Below, one piece after another: positions 52,240 to 64,000 of a stretch of DNA of 64,000 nt (positions are counted from its first letter, which is position 1; the number at the start of each line of letters is the position of its first letter). The stretch comes from Octopus vulgaris (taxonomy: Eukaryota). The translations under genes and the position numbers were made by a program. The DNA lies in contig OX597824.1 of NCBI GenBank assembly GCA_951406725.2, positions 94,922,001-94,986,000 of the forward strand, given 5' to 3'. The notes beneath the pieces are model-generated. The model was not told the origin of the DNA. It made no database searches and saw only the letters and a list, made by a program, of their open reading frames with translations.

Positions 52240-53660
52240 ATATGAGGCAGAGTTTCGTAGCCCATTTCGTTCAACTTCTGCAGGGTCAGTTGTGCAACGT
52301 GTGGCCGAGCGTTGTTGTGGAGAAGAATTGGGTCCTTTTCTATTGACCAATGCTGGCTGTTGTTGGAGTTTCTTTTGCATTTCATCCATTTGCTGACAGT
52401 ACTTCTCCGCCGTAATGGTTTCGCCTGGATCCACAAAAGCTGTGATGGATGAGACCGGCTGCAGACCACCAAACAGTCACCATGACCTTTTTAGTGCAAC
52501 TTTGGTTTCGGGAAGTGCCGTGGAGCTTTGTCAATGTCCAACCACTGAGCTGAGCATGACTGGTTATCGTAAAGAATCCACTTTTCATCGCAAATCACAA
52601 TCCGGTCGAGAAACGGATCCATTCTTGTTGCATAAAAGAAGGGAAGACAACACTTCAAAATGGCGTTTTTCTTGGTTGTCATTCAATTCGTGTGGCACCC
52701 ATTTCTCAAGTATTTTTGCTTTTCCAATCTCTTTCGAGTGGTTGGAAATTGTCGTTATACGTTACGTCTAATTCAGAAGCAAGCTCTCGAACAGTTGTGC
52801 GTGAATTGGCTTCGACTAAGGCTCTTAGTTGATCAACATCCGATGACCAACCACTACGCTTATCCTCTTCAAGACTCTCGTCACTGCTACGAAATTCCTT
52901 GGGTCTATATGTGTGCATGTACGTGTGTATAAAGAAATACACCATGTGTCAACATTCATCTTTTAAACGTATAAGAAATAATAGTTCCGAATTTTCTATC
53001 AACTGTTTCATTGCGTCATCTTTTAAACGTATAAGAAATAATAGTTCCGAATTTTCTATCAACTGTTTCATTGCGTCTGAAGTTTATTTGTTAACATAAT
53101 GTAGGAGCTAACATGAGATTCAGCAACGAAAAAAAGAAGATTAAAGATAAACGAGATTGAAAAACTTGTAAACAAAGATGAACATCTATCTATTGATACC
53201 AGCTGGCAAAATTTGAATTTCAAAATTTCTCGACCGGATTGTGATTTGCGATGAAAAGTGGATTCTTTACGACAACCAGAGATGCTCAGCTCAGTGGTTG
53301 GACATTGACAAAGCTCCACGGCACTTCCCGAAGCCAAAGTTGCACTAAAAAGAAGGTCATGGTGACTGTTTGGTGGTCTGCAGCCGGTCTCATCCATCAC
53401 AGCTTTTGTGGATCCAGGCGAAACCATTACGGCGGAGAAATACTGTCAGCAAATGAATGAAATGCATAAGAAACTCCGACAACAACAGAGAAGTAGAGTA
53501 TCAGTGTTTTGCTTATACATGTACGAAAAAGGCTTTCATCCTAAATAATTCCTAGGCCAAACGCATCATTGATATTGCAAGGTGCTTCAACAGCTTTTCG
53601 GCCCAGCTTGAACTGGGATAAGAAAATTGTGCGAATTTGCTTTTTGTCCATGTTGTATTC
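52240..53660 (-). mobile_element. Rearranged mariner (Hsmar1/cecropia-like) transposase pseudogene
   Basis: 53651-53545: MDKKQIRTIFLSQFKLGRKAVEAPCNINDAFG. 52900-52240: DESLEED.RSG...WVPHEL...[17 protein letters not shown]...FPKPKLH.KKVMVTVWW...LLHNNARPH...ETLPH. An inverted duplicate of the catalytic part lies at 53227-53487. Confidence 0.85.
52956..53076. repeat. Exact 60-bp tandem duplication
   Basis: tcatcttttaaacgtataagaaataatagttccgaattttctatcaactgtttcattgcg occurs twice. Confidence 0.92.
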
Positions 53661-54567
53661 AACGTTCCAGAAAGAATGGCCTAATTATTCAAAAAGAAAA
53701 AGGGTAACACGATTAGACAGAGCGAAAAACGGGCTTCAAAATGATATATAAAGTCAAAGTAATTTAACGAAAATCAATTTGAAAATACATCATTTAAAAC
53801 CAAAATTTATAATTCCACAAGAACTTCCTTGACAACATCACAGCCTTGGTTTATCATCGTTGGTTAAAACTGAGGGAGCCGTAGTATGACCGATAAACAC
53901 AACTTGATGTCTTATCAACCAATTTATTTCACAGCCCCCCACGTCAAACTGTTAAGATTGTTTCTTTTCTAAGTAACTAAGTTTTTGTTAGAGATCATAG
54001 ATATACATACACACACACATACATACATACATAAATACATACGTACATACATGCATACATACACACATACATACATGCATACATATATACATACATGCAC
54101 ACACACACACACACATACATGCATGCATACATACACACACACACACATATAGGCTCATTAATTTGTTTGAAGCCACACCACTTCCTGCTGCCGTGCAATG
54201 TCAGTTAATATTGTTATTGTTATTGTGGTTCCCTTGGGTCAAGTTGACTTAAGATTAATAACAATCAAGACGTGATTGTTTCATCCATTTTAATGGCATG
54301 AATACACGGAGGACTACATTGCTTTTTCTTTCCACTTCTTTTAGTCATCAGATTGTGGCCTTGCTGGAGCACCACCTTGAAGGATTTTATACGAACGAAT
54401 TGACTCCAGTACCAATTGTTGCTTTTAAGCCTCGTACTTCTTCTATTGGTCTCTTTTGCTGAACTGCTATGTCACATGGATGTAAACAAACTAACATAGG
54501 TTGTCAAGTGGTGGTGTGGAACAAACATAGACACAAAGACACACATAGACAGATATCTATATATATA

Positions 54568-55275
54568 TCATCATCATCATCATCGTTTAATGTCCGTTTT
54601 CCATGCTGGCATGGGTTGGACGGTTCGACCAGGGTCTGAGAAGCCAGGAGGCTGCACCAGTCTCCATTCTGATCTGGCTGTGTTTCTACAGCTGGATGCC
54701 CTCCCTAACGCCAACCACTCTGTGAGTGTAGTGGGTGCTTTTTACATGCCACTGGCACAGGGGCCAGAGGAGGCTGGCAATGGCCACGGTCGGTTGGTGC
54801 TTTTTACATACCACCAGCACAGGTACCAGGCGAGGCTGGCAACGGCCACGATCAGTTGGTGCTTTTTATGTACCACCGGCACAGAAGCCAGTCAAGGCAG
54901 CGCTGGCATCAGCCATGTTCGGATGGTACTTTTTACATGCCACCGGCATGGTTATCACAACTGCAATTTCCATTTGATTTTTATTTTGATGTTGATGTAC
55001 TTGACTCAACAGGTCTCCTCAAGCACAGTAGGTCACCCTATGATCCAAGGTAAGCAGAGCAGATCATCTTACAATCCAGGGTACTTTTGAATGGACTGGG
55101 GCTGGTTATGCAAAACTGGTGTAGGATACAGCCGTGAACTCACTTTATTTGTTGGGTCTTCACAGTCACAACCATATCTCCAGAGATCTCGGTCTTTCGT
55201 CATTGCCTCTGTGAGGCCCAACGTTTGAAGGTCTTACTTGACCACCTCATCCCATGTCTTCCTGGGTCTACCTCT
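54568..55275 (-). mobile_element. 5'-truncated RTE-clade LINE: ORF C-terminus, repeat-containing 3' UTR and (GAT)n tail
   Basis: Minus translation RGRPRKTWDEVVK*DLQTLGLTEAMTKDRDLWRYG, followed by a 3' UTR with repeated aaaagcacc units and a tgatgatg tail. Confidence 0.8.
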
Positions 55276-55277
55276 AC

Positions 55278-55591
55278 TGTATAAAGGATCGTAGGTAAGA
55301 CCAAAACATTGCGAAGTAAATGCAAAGTAAATCACAAGAAAACAAATATGTGAATTAATCTAGACTTACCTTGCATTCAATATTTTGGGGTTATGACCCG
55401 AATTAACGAATGTTGGCGATGTGCGTGTGTACACACATATCACCAACATTTATTAATTTCTTGAAAATGGGGTCATAACCCTGAAATATTGAATGCAAGG
55501 TAAGTCTACATTAATTCATATATTTGTTTTCTTGTGATTTACCTTGCATTTACTTTGCATTGTTCTGGATTTACTCACGATCCTTTATACA
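55278..55591. repeat. Long imperfect palindrome with a decayed hammerhead in the right arm
   Basis: Arms of about 150 bp (tgtataaaggatcgt / acgatcctttataca); relic ttgaaaa tggggtcataaccct gaaat att gaat at about 55455-55494. Confidence 0.88.
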
Positions 55592-55624
55592 ATATATTCT
55601 ACACAATGCTTCATAGTAATTATT

Positions 55625-55665
<41 letters not shown>

Positions 55666-56177
55666 GTAAAAACGGTAAGGTAACAAAAGAAAGAAAGAGA
55701 CCTCAATATTATGTAAATAGAGGAAATTTATCTGTAAATGTAATATGTGACAATTATGGTGTTTTTTGTGCCACCGACACAGGTGCCAGACGGCCACGCT
55801 CGGATGGTGTTTTAATGTGCCACCGACACAGGTGCCAGACGAGGCTGGCAGACGGCCACGCTCGGATGGTGTTTATATGTGCCACCGACACAGGTGCCAG
55901 ATGAGGCTGGCAACGGCCACGATCGGATGGTGTTTGTTACGTGCCCACAGCACGGAGGCCAGTCGATGCGGTACTGGCTACGGCCATGTTCGGATGGTTT
56001 TCTTGTGTATATTATTGGTAAAAACGGTAAAAACGGTAACAAAAGAAAGAAAGAGACCTCAATATTATGTAAATAGAGGAAATTTATCTGTAAATGTAAT
56101 ATGTGACAATTATTGAATAGCCAAGATAAAACTCTGAGTTTTATCTTGGCTACCGAATAATTGTCACATATTATTTT

Positions 56178-56218
<41 letters not shown>

Positions 56219-56587
56219 ATGGTCTTCTTTTGGTTTCTATCACCAAAATGACCAAGGCTTCGGTCAACCCAGGGCTATAGCAGAAGACACCTGCTCAAGG
56301 TACCATGCTGTGAGACAGAACCTGGAACCTTGTGGTTGGAAAGCAAGCTCCTTATCACCTGTGCCTATTATCCAATATGTCATTCAGTTTTTTATTTGAA
56401 CAGGTTGTGGTTTAGGTGAAATTTGATTCAAAACGTATCAGGTGTTTTTGACTGCCTGGCGAGAGGGGTGGGGGGCTCTTGATGGATCATGTCAGTGGAA
56501 TATCTTGTGTACAATCTAGTAACAGATATTTTCAAGATTATTTTTTTTATTTTTTGTTTTATGTTTTAAAAGTTACATGCCATTGGC

Positions 56588-57002
56588 AGAGGCGTGGCTG
56601 TGTAGAAAGAAGTTTGCTTCTCAACCCCATGGTTTTGAGTTCAGTCCCACTGTGTGGCAACTTGGTCAAGTGTCTTCTGCTGTTGTCCTGGGCCGACCAA
56701 ACTAAACAAAGCCTTGAGACTAGATTTGGTGGATTGAAACCGAAAGAAGCCTACAGTGCTTGTGTGTGTGTGTCTGTGTCTTTGTATCTGTGTTTGTCCC
56801 CCAGCACTGCTTGACAACCAGTGTTAGCTTGTTTATGTTCCCATAACTTAGCAGTTCAACAAAAGAGACCAAGAGAATAAATACCAGGTTTCAAAAAAAA
56901 AGAAAGAAAATACTAGAATCAATTCATTCAACTAAAATTTTTTAGGGCAGTGCTCCAGCATGGCTGCAAGTCTAATAACTGAAACATTTGAAAGGCAAAA
57001 GA
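56588..57002 (+). mobile_element. Family B SINE, diverged
   Basis: Head, CORE-like and tail motifs. Further partial copies at about 3985-4600, 51380-51580(-), 54330-54545(-), 56215-56360(-) and 58870-58980(-). Confidence 0.72.
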
Positions 57003-57685
57003 TAGAAACTGACAGAAAAAATACTAGATTTTGTTTCCTGATGTCAGAAAATTTATGATTTTCTCTTTTCCTCAATAAACAATGTTTTTATCTATTCTTA
57101 TTGATTTCTATCAAAGGCACAAGGTTTGAAGTTTGTGAATGAAATGAAGCCAAGCCCTTTATCAATAGATATTTTATCGACCCCTTTCAGGACGAAAGGC
57201 AAACCATTAATATTGTAGAGCAATATAGACACGAACCAATAAATTAAAAGAAGCAGCAATGGAGTTCATCCCTTTCATCGCTTTTATCGCTTTTATCATT
57301 TCCAAACCACAAATATTTCATTGCTTTTTTGTTTCCTGCTTCTTTACAAATGTTCTCATGTTTATGATATACATAATGTATGTATATCACTTGAGTATAT
57401 CTTCACAGCATGAATTTATTAATAACTAAATACACAAACTTGAACCAGGTGTTTAGTCTCACTGTCAAATCAAACACATAAAGTAATTTATTTATTTAAT
57501 TACTTATTCGATGGCTTGGGACGACAATCAAACCAAAGATGTGTTCACTTCTCTCCCTCACAAGCTGCAGATGAGATTATCTGAATTATTGAAATCTCAA
57601 CTAATATATACCTTGGCAGAAATGATGGTGAATTATTGAATAATAAAAGAATCAGTTCGGCAGCAAGCTAGCAGAATTGCTTTAA

Positions 57686-58345
57686 CCCTTTCAATACCAA
57701 CCCAGCTGAAACCAGCTCTGGCTCTGTAGTACAAATGCCTTGTTTTCATAAGTTTTGAATTAAAATCTTCCACCAAACCTTAGTCACAGTTTATGTTCCT
57801 AACACTAGCTGAATGATAACTAAGTTATTTTACTAAATTCTTTGTTATATTTAAAATTAATTGAAAGAAACACAGAGCATCTCAACAGAAATACAGTAAT
57901 GAAAGGGTTAACCCTTTTGATACCAACCTGGCTGAAACCAGCTCTGGCTCTGTAGTACTTGTAGTGATGCTATTGTGTAAGGTTTAGCGTGCATGTGCAG
58001 AATGGGACTACTTCCAGGTGGCCACCGGAAGTCTTCCCCATGCGCATGTGCGGGAAACTGATCCCTAAGGCACAGTCCACTCATTCACTCTCTCTGGCGC
58101 TTTCACACACCATCACGAGTAATAAACGACAATTTGCTGTCTTTCCCAGATAACCTGACTTCGTCTGTTATATCTAACTAAATTGAATGTGACGGGATCG
58201 GATCGGACACCCCTTCAGTGATACCGATTCCAGATCCTGTTACATACTAATGCCTTGTTTTCTTAAGTTTTGAATTAAAATCTTCCACCAAACCTTAATC
58301 ATAATGATAACTAAGTTATTTTACTAAATTCTTTGTTATATTTAA
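57686..58345. mobile_element. Two tandem family 2 TTAA MITEs sharing one TTAA; the second is interrupted by a solo LTR
   Basis: gaaaggg ttaa ccctttt junction at 57901-57918; a third, inverted copy at about 58652-58868. Confidence 0.8.
57960..58244 (+). mobile_element. Solo LTR (285 bp), probably Ty3/Gypsy
   Basis: TGTA...TACA ends, 4-bp TSD tact, internal AATAAA; the host MITE rejoins exactly across it. Confidence 0.82.
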
Positions 58346-58390
58346 AAACTCCAGTACTTGACTAGTACTATATGTCATTGACTCCTGAAG

Positions 58391-58564
58391 CACTAGCATA
58401 GCTAGAGTGTGTGCCACCTGGGGTGGACCTTCTGTTTGCCACCCCTGAACTTCGCAAAAAAACCCACAAATAAGCTACAGCAGACCTAAAAGTATTGCCC
58501 CCCCCCCCCTAAAAGTGCCACTTGGAGCAGACCATCCCTACAACCCACCTCAGCTATGCTAGTG
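58391..58564. mobile_element. hAT-like MITE inserted into a family A SINE
   Basis: 13-bp perfect TIR cactagcatagct / agctatgctagtg; 8-bp TSD tcctgaag / ccctgaag. Confidence 0.82.
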
Positions 58565-59558
58565 CCCTGAAGGGATGAAAGAGAAAGTTGATCTTGGCAG
58601 GATTTGAACTCAGAACATTAAGAAATGCCACCAAGTATTTTGCCCAATGTATTAACTTTTCTTTATTGTATTTATTTTGAGATGTTCTGTGTTTCTTTCA
58701 ATTACTTTAAATATAACAAGGAATTTAGTAAAATAACTTAGTTATCATTCAGCTAGTGTTAGGAACATAAATTGTGACTAAGGTTTGGTGGAAGGTTTTA
58801 ATTCAAAACTTATAAAAACACAACATATGTACTCAGAGCCAGAGCTGGTTTCAGCCAGGTTGGTCAAAGCTAGGGTTTGGTCAGCCCTAGGTTATAGTAG
58901 AAGGCACTTGCCCAAGGTACCATGCTGTAGGACTGAACCCAGAACCATATGTTTGGAAAGCAAATTTCTTACCACCCAGGCAAGCCTCTCTCTAATTAAA
59001 TGCTTAAAATAACATCGTATTCAAAGAGGAATAGCAAAACAGTAATTAAACTAATAAACTCCTCAGTCATTTATTTAGAAATGTGTAAATGAAGAATGGC
59101 CATCACCAAACATACTAAAACAACATTGACTGGGAGCAGCTTAACTCATTAGATCTTCCCCATTTATCTGAAGCAAAACAGCTTGAAGAGAGCCTGTGCT
59201 ACATGATGTCCCACCCAAGAAATTAGTCAAATCCTAGTTCTATAAACCAACAGCTATCATCTGTGCAGAGTGCTTTGGAGTTCTACAGCTTGCTTTATCA
59301 TATAGAATAGTGTGTCAAAAGTTTGGTTTGTACAAGTATCTTTGCCAAAAACACACCCTAATGTTGATGACAGGATATGATCTCATCATCCTTGGGTTGG
59401 TAATCCAATGTCCTACCAACTCAGCTAACTCTTCCTCTTAAAATAATATTAAGCCAGAGTGAAATAAAAGTGAGTAATATTTAATTATTTTTGTGGGGTT
59501 TTCTGGGTAAATTTAGAGAAAATACTGTTTGTTTTTCCTTTTAATGTAAAGTCTAAAA

Positions 59559-60254
59559 TGAAGGAGGTGAGCTGACAGAATCATTAGAATGCCAGGCGAA
59601 ATGCTTAGCGGTATTTCGTCTGCCGTTACGTTCTGAGTTCAAATTCTGCCAAGGTCAACTTTGCTTTTCATCCTTTCAAAGTCGATTAATTAAGTACCAA
59701 TTACGCACTGGTGTCAATGTAATCGACTTAATCCCTTTGTCCTTGTTTGTCCTCTCCATGTTTAGGCCCCTGTGGGCAATAAAGAAATAAATACAAAGTC
59801 TAAAAATTTTGACATTGGATAAATGAGATGTAGTCTCTTTTCCACTTACTTTAGTTTAATCTCAAGTATTTTCCGTCACCCATTATTATTCAAATTACTT
59901 TATTAAATATAAAGCTTATTTTACCATCAACACTTCGATGAAGCAATTCTTTATTCATGATATGACATCGTGTGAAGGAGGTGAGCTGACAGAATCGTTA
60001 GAATGCCAGGCGAAATGCTTAGCGGTATTTCGTCTGCCGTTACGTTCTGAGTTCAAATTCTGTCAAGGTCAACTTTGCTTTTCATCCTTTCAAAGTCGAT
60101 TAATTAAGTACCAATTACGCACTGGTGTCAATGTAATCGACTTAATCCCTTTGTCCTTGTTTGTCCTCTCCATGTTTAGGCCCCTGTGGGCAATAAAGAA
60201 ATAAATACAAAGTCTAAAAATTTTGACATTGGATAAATGAGATGTAGTCTCTTT
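59559..60254 (+). repeat. Near-identical direct duplication of a family A SINE plus about 45 bp of 3' flank (59559-59840 and 59973-60254)
   Basis: The two copies differ at only a few bases and share the unique flank tacaaagtctaaaaattttgacattggataaatgagatgtagtctcttt. Confidence 0.88.
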
Positions 60255-60369
60255 CATTCTTTTCCAAAGGATAATAATGTTTTTCTCCATTTTCTGATTA
60301 TATATATATATATGTATGTATGTATCTCTCTCTCTCTATATATATATATATAATACAAAAATAAATAAA

Positions 60370-60611
60370 TGCGCCCTTTTTAAAGCCTAGCCAGGTTCAT
60401 GGGCCCGGTTTCTATGGCGTATGTGTTCCCCAGCTGGACGGGATGCCAGTCCATTGCAGCGTAACTCATTTTTGCTAGCTGAGTGGACTGGAGCAATGTG
60501 TGATGAAGTGTTTTGCTCAAGAACACAACAAAGTGTCGCCCGGTCCGGGAATTGAAACCACAATTTTATGATCTTGATGCTGACACCCAAACCACTAAGC
60601 CACACGCCTCC
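60370..60611 (-). mobile_element. Family D SINE
   Basis: Minus strand ggaggcgtgtggcttagtggtt...gtggtttcaattccc. Confidence 0.72.
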
Positions 60612-60881
60612 ACACACACACACATACACACAGCTAAACATTTGCTGCAGGAAATATCACTTCATCTCCTGACACGTACAGTTTGTAATGCTGAGAATCC
60701 CTACAGTGTCTAAGTGTTAATTTGTTTATTCTGTCGGGATGCTTTTGAATTTGAGTCGAGATATTTGAGTCAAGCACTAAGCGATGTGCTCAGATACAAC
60801 AGGAAATGTTGGAAATGAAGCTGATGTACAGAAATGAAGCATTTCATCCAGCATTTTAATGATTCTGCCAGTTCGCTGCCC

Positions 60882-60913
<32 letters not shown>

Positions 60914-61024
60914 CAACAATAACAACAACAACAACAGCAGCAGCAACAACAAATCTTTCTACCATACACACAAAGTCATGTACATATGGTTGTGATGCAT
61001 GTGCCTAGTGTACCCTTATCAGAT

Positions 61025-61870
61025 TACATCGATCGCAGTGTTTACTGGTACTTAATTTATTGACCCCAAAAGGATGACAGGTAAAGTTGACCTCTAGTGG
61101 AATTTGAACCGCAATGTAGTGACAGGGGAAATACCGCTAAGCATTTCATGCCCAATGTACCCTCCGTTCTGCCAGTTCACTGCCTTAATAACATTAATAA
61201 TAATAATTCTTTCTACTATAGGCACAAGGCCTGACATTTTGGGGGAGTAGGTTAGTCATTGCATCAACCCCAGTGCTCAACTGGTACTTAATTTATCGAC
61301 CCCCGAAAGGATAAAAGGCAAAGTTGACCTTGGCAGAATTTGAACTCAGAACACGAAGACAGACAAGATGCTACTAAGCATTTTGCCCAATGTACCCTCC
61401 GTTCTGCCAGTTCACTGCCTTAATAACATTAATAATAATAATTCTTTCTACTATAGGCACAAGGCCAGGAATTTGGGGGTAGGGGATTAAGTCAATTGCA
61501 TCAACCCCAGTGCTCAACTGGTACTTAATTTATCGACCCCCGAAAGGATAAAAGGCAAAGTTGACCTTGGCAGAATTTGAACTCAGAACATAAGCAATGG
61601 GCAAAATGCTGCTAACCATTTTACCAGCGGGCTATCAATTCTTATTTCTTTATTGCCCACAAGGGGCTAAACATAGAGGGGACAGACAAATGGATTAAGT
61701 AGATTACATCTTGACCCTAGTGCATAACTGGTATTTAATTTATCGACCCCTGAAAGGATGAAAGGCAGAGTTGACCTTGGCGGAGTTTGAACTCAGAACA
61801 TAGCGATGGGCAAAATACCATTAAGCCTTTTACCTGTGTGCCAACGATTCTGCCAACTCACCGCCTTAAC
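61025..61870 (-). mobile_element. Cluster of four family A SINEs with local duplication
   Basis: Core repeated four times; gcccaatgtaccctccgttctgccagttcactgccttaataacattaataataataattctttctactataggcacaaggcc is duplicated. Confidence 0.8.
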
Positions 61871-62742
61871 ATCAGTAATAATAATAGCAACAACGAAAAT
61901 AAATATACATACTTGGTTTCAGGTATTTGATAGATGCAACTTCACAGCCATTTACGAGGTAGAAAGTCAGAAAATGAGTGTTGCCATAGAAACCAGTATA
62001 ATGACTGATGAAGAATGCATGCCATAACACTTCACGGATGAATGGGTTTCTCTTATCATTACAGAGTGTCTCTAGATTCTATGGCTTCCCTGCCTCGCTC
62101 CATTCCTTTTTCTTTGTCAGTTTCCACATATAGATCAGGTGTAGCTATTTTATAACACTAATTACTATTATCAGATCAAATAACCTGGAAGATCAAATAA
62201 CTTATGGTACTTTGGTAATTATTACCTGGCTGGTCATTAAACTCGTACCATTATGTAAATGAGCTGCTCCTGATCAAGCACATGTTTACGTATTAATTGG
62301 CAGTCTTTTATTACTCATGATTGGCATTTTGGGTCGGAGAGACGAGCAGATTCTAATGAATTATTAAACGACAATGGAGCCACTGAGTTCAATTGTCACC
62401 AATTCAACTACAGCAAAAACTTCCATCTGGCCTAATTCTATAGCAACACTAAATGCACCGTCCGAACGTGGCCGATGCCAGCGCCAACTTGACTGGCTTC
62501 CATGCCGGTGGCACGTAAAAAGCACCAACCGATCGTGGCCATCGCCAGCCTCGCCTGGCACGTAAAGAGTACCCACTACACTCATGGAGTGGTTGGCATT
62601 AGGAAGGGCATCCAGCTGTAGAAACACTGCCAGATCAGACTGGAGCAGCTTCCTGGCTTCCCAGACCCCAGTTGAACCTGTCCAACCCATGCTAGCATGG
62701 AAAACAGACGTTAAAGGATGATGATTATATATATATATATAT

Positions 62743-63122
62743 AGGCGCAGGAGTGGCTGTGTGGTAAGTAGCTTGCTAACCAACCACATGGTTCCGGGTT
62801 CAGTCCCACTGCGTGGCATCTTGGGCAAGTGTCTTCTGCTATAGCCCCAGGCCGACCAATGCCTTGTGAGTGGATTTGGTAGACGGAAACTGAAAGAAGC
62901 CTGTCGTATATATATATGTATGTGTGTGTCTGTGTTTGTCCCCCTAGCATTGCTTGACAATCGATGCTGGTGTGTTTACGTCCCCGTCACCTAGCGGTTC
63001 GGCAAAAGTAACCGATAGAATAAGTACTGGGCTTACAAAGAATAAGTCCTGAGGTCAATTTGCTCGACTAAAGGCGGTGCTCCAGCATGGCCGCAGTCAA
63101 ATGACTGAAACAAGTAAAAGAG
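62743..63122 (+). mobile_element. Family B SINE, full length
   Basis: Runs from ggcgcaggagtggctgtgtggtaag to aaatgactgaaacaagtaaaagag. Confidence 0.85.
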
Positions 63123-64000
63123 AAAGATATATACATATATATACACACACACACACGCACGCATGCAGCACACACACAAAACAAACATGGCTAGAGTATT
63201 CGGCTCGAGCCAATGCTCAGAAACTGTTATGAAGATAAAACACTGTTTAAATAACATTGCAGGAAAATATCGTGGTTGGTACGAACTTTACTAATAAATA
63301 AATAGTTGAAGTAAAAAAAAAAAAAAAAATCTATTTTGGATCGATGATCGATGATGGCATAACATCCCCCCCTCCCCTGTTCCCTGGCATCTGTCTCTGT
63401 TCTTTGAAAATACTGGCTTCTTCACAGCTGGCCGGCATTATATTGGGGAATATTTAAACTAAGTCGTATACAATGCAGTCGGCCGATGTCTAGGTCACCG
63501 AAAGCTGCGACGATGTCAGACAGAACTTTCAGGGAATAAACACCTTGAAGAATAATAATCGGAAGGATTCCTCAAAGACATAAAAGGGAGAATGGTCCAT
63601 CCGAATTCCACCGACTTCATTTGTCTATGGAGACAATAAAGGTTTTAATATTGTTAATAGCACCGTCGAAATAAGTTGGGAAAAGTCATTCGTCTCAAAG
63701 AATGTCAAAGTATTTGGAAGCAGATCACCGAGAGAAAAGATGCAATTTTTATTATCTGCTGATGCGGCTGGTTGGTGGTAATCGATAGAAATAGGGAGGA
63801 GTTGCGTCATTTCCCCTCTAACCCTTTCTCCTTCTTTCTCTCTCTCTCTCTCTTTCAGTCGCTCAGTTTAACTCTCTTCCCCCCACCGCTATCTCTCTCT
63901 CTTAATCTTTCTCTCTTTTAGTCACTCAATTTAACTCCCTTTCCTGCTCTCTCTGCCTCTCTCTCTCTCTCTCAATCTTTCTATCTTTCAGTCACTCAGT

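Noticed and set aside
55757-55995. Repeat-spacer-like array (gtgccaccgacacaggtgccaga...cggatggtg)
   Set aside because: These are internal tandem repeats of the RTE 3' UTR. There are no unique spacers or cas genes and the context is eukaryotic, so it is not CRISPR.
62364-62960. Longest ORF in the track (198 aa)
   Set aside because: It is an antisense read-through of a family B SINE and an RTE 3' UTR.

Overview
AT-rich, microsatellite-dense eukaryotic genomic DNA. The repeat repertoire (Meta-domain and CORE-like tRNA-SINEs, RTE tails, long (TA)n tracts) suggests an octopus/coleoid cephalopod; this is inference, not a database result. One protein-coding gene is supported: the last nine coding exons (12444-27990, + strand, all GT-AG introns, phases consistent, 297 codons plus stop) of a QSER1/PRR12-like DUF4211 protein, with its 5' part not located. 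Nearly all of the six-frame ORF track is repeat noise. The rest is transposon debris: SINEs, RTE LINE fragments, mariner and maT fragments, hAT, piggyBac-like and Tc1-like MITEs, and a solo LTR. The most interesting signal is a dense set of minimal type I hammerhead ribozyme (HHR) motifs, about 8 readable and several decayed, from several unrelated sequence families. They sit in short non-coding elements mostly anchored in (TA)n tracts and usually folded into long inverted repeats, the architecture of Penelope-like element pseudo-LTRs and retrozymes. One locus (49317-49672) has two tandem HHRs 173 nt apart around a tRNA-like Pol III head, a candidate SINE/retrozyme hybrid. All structures were read by eye, and repeat boundaries are approximate.
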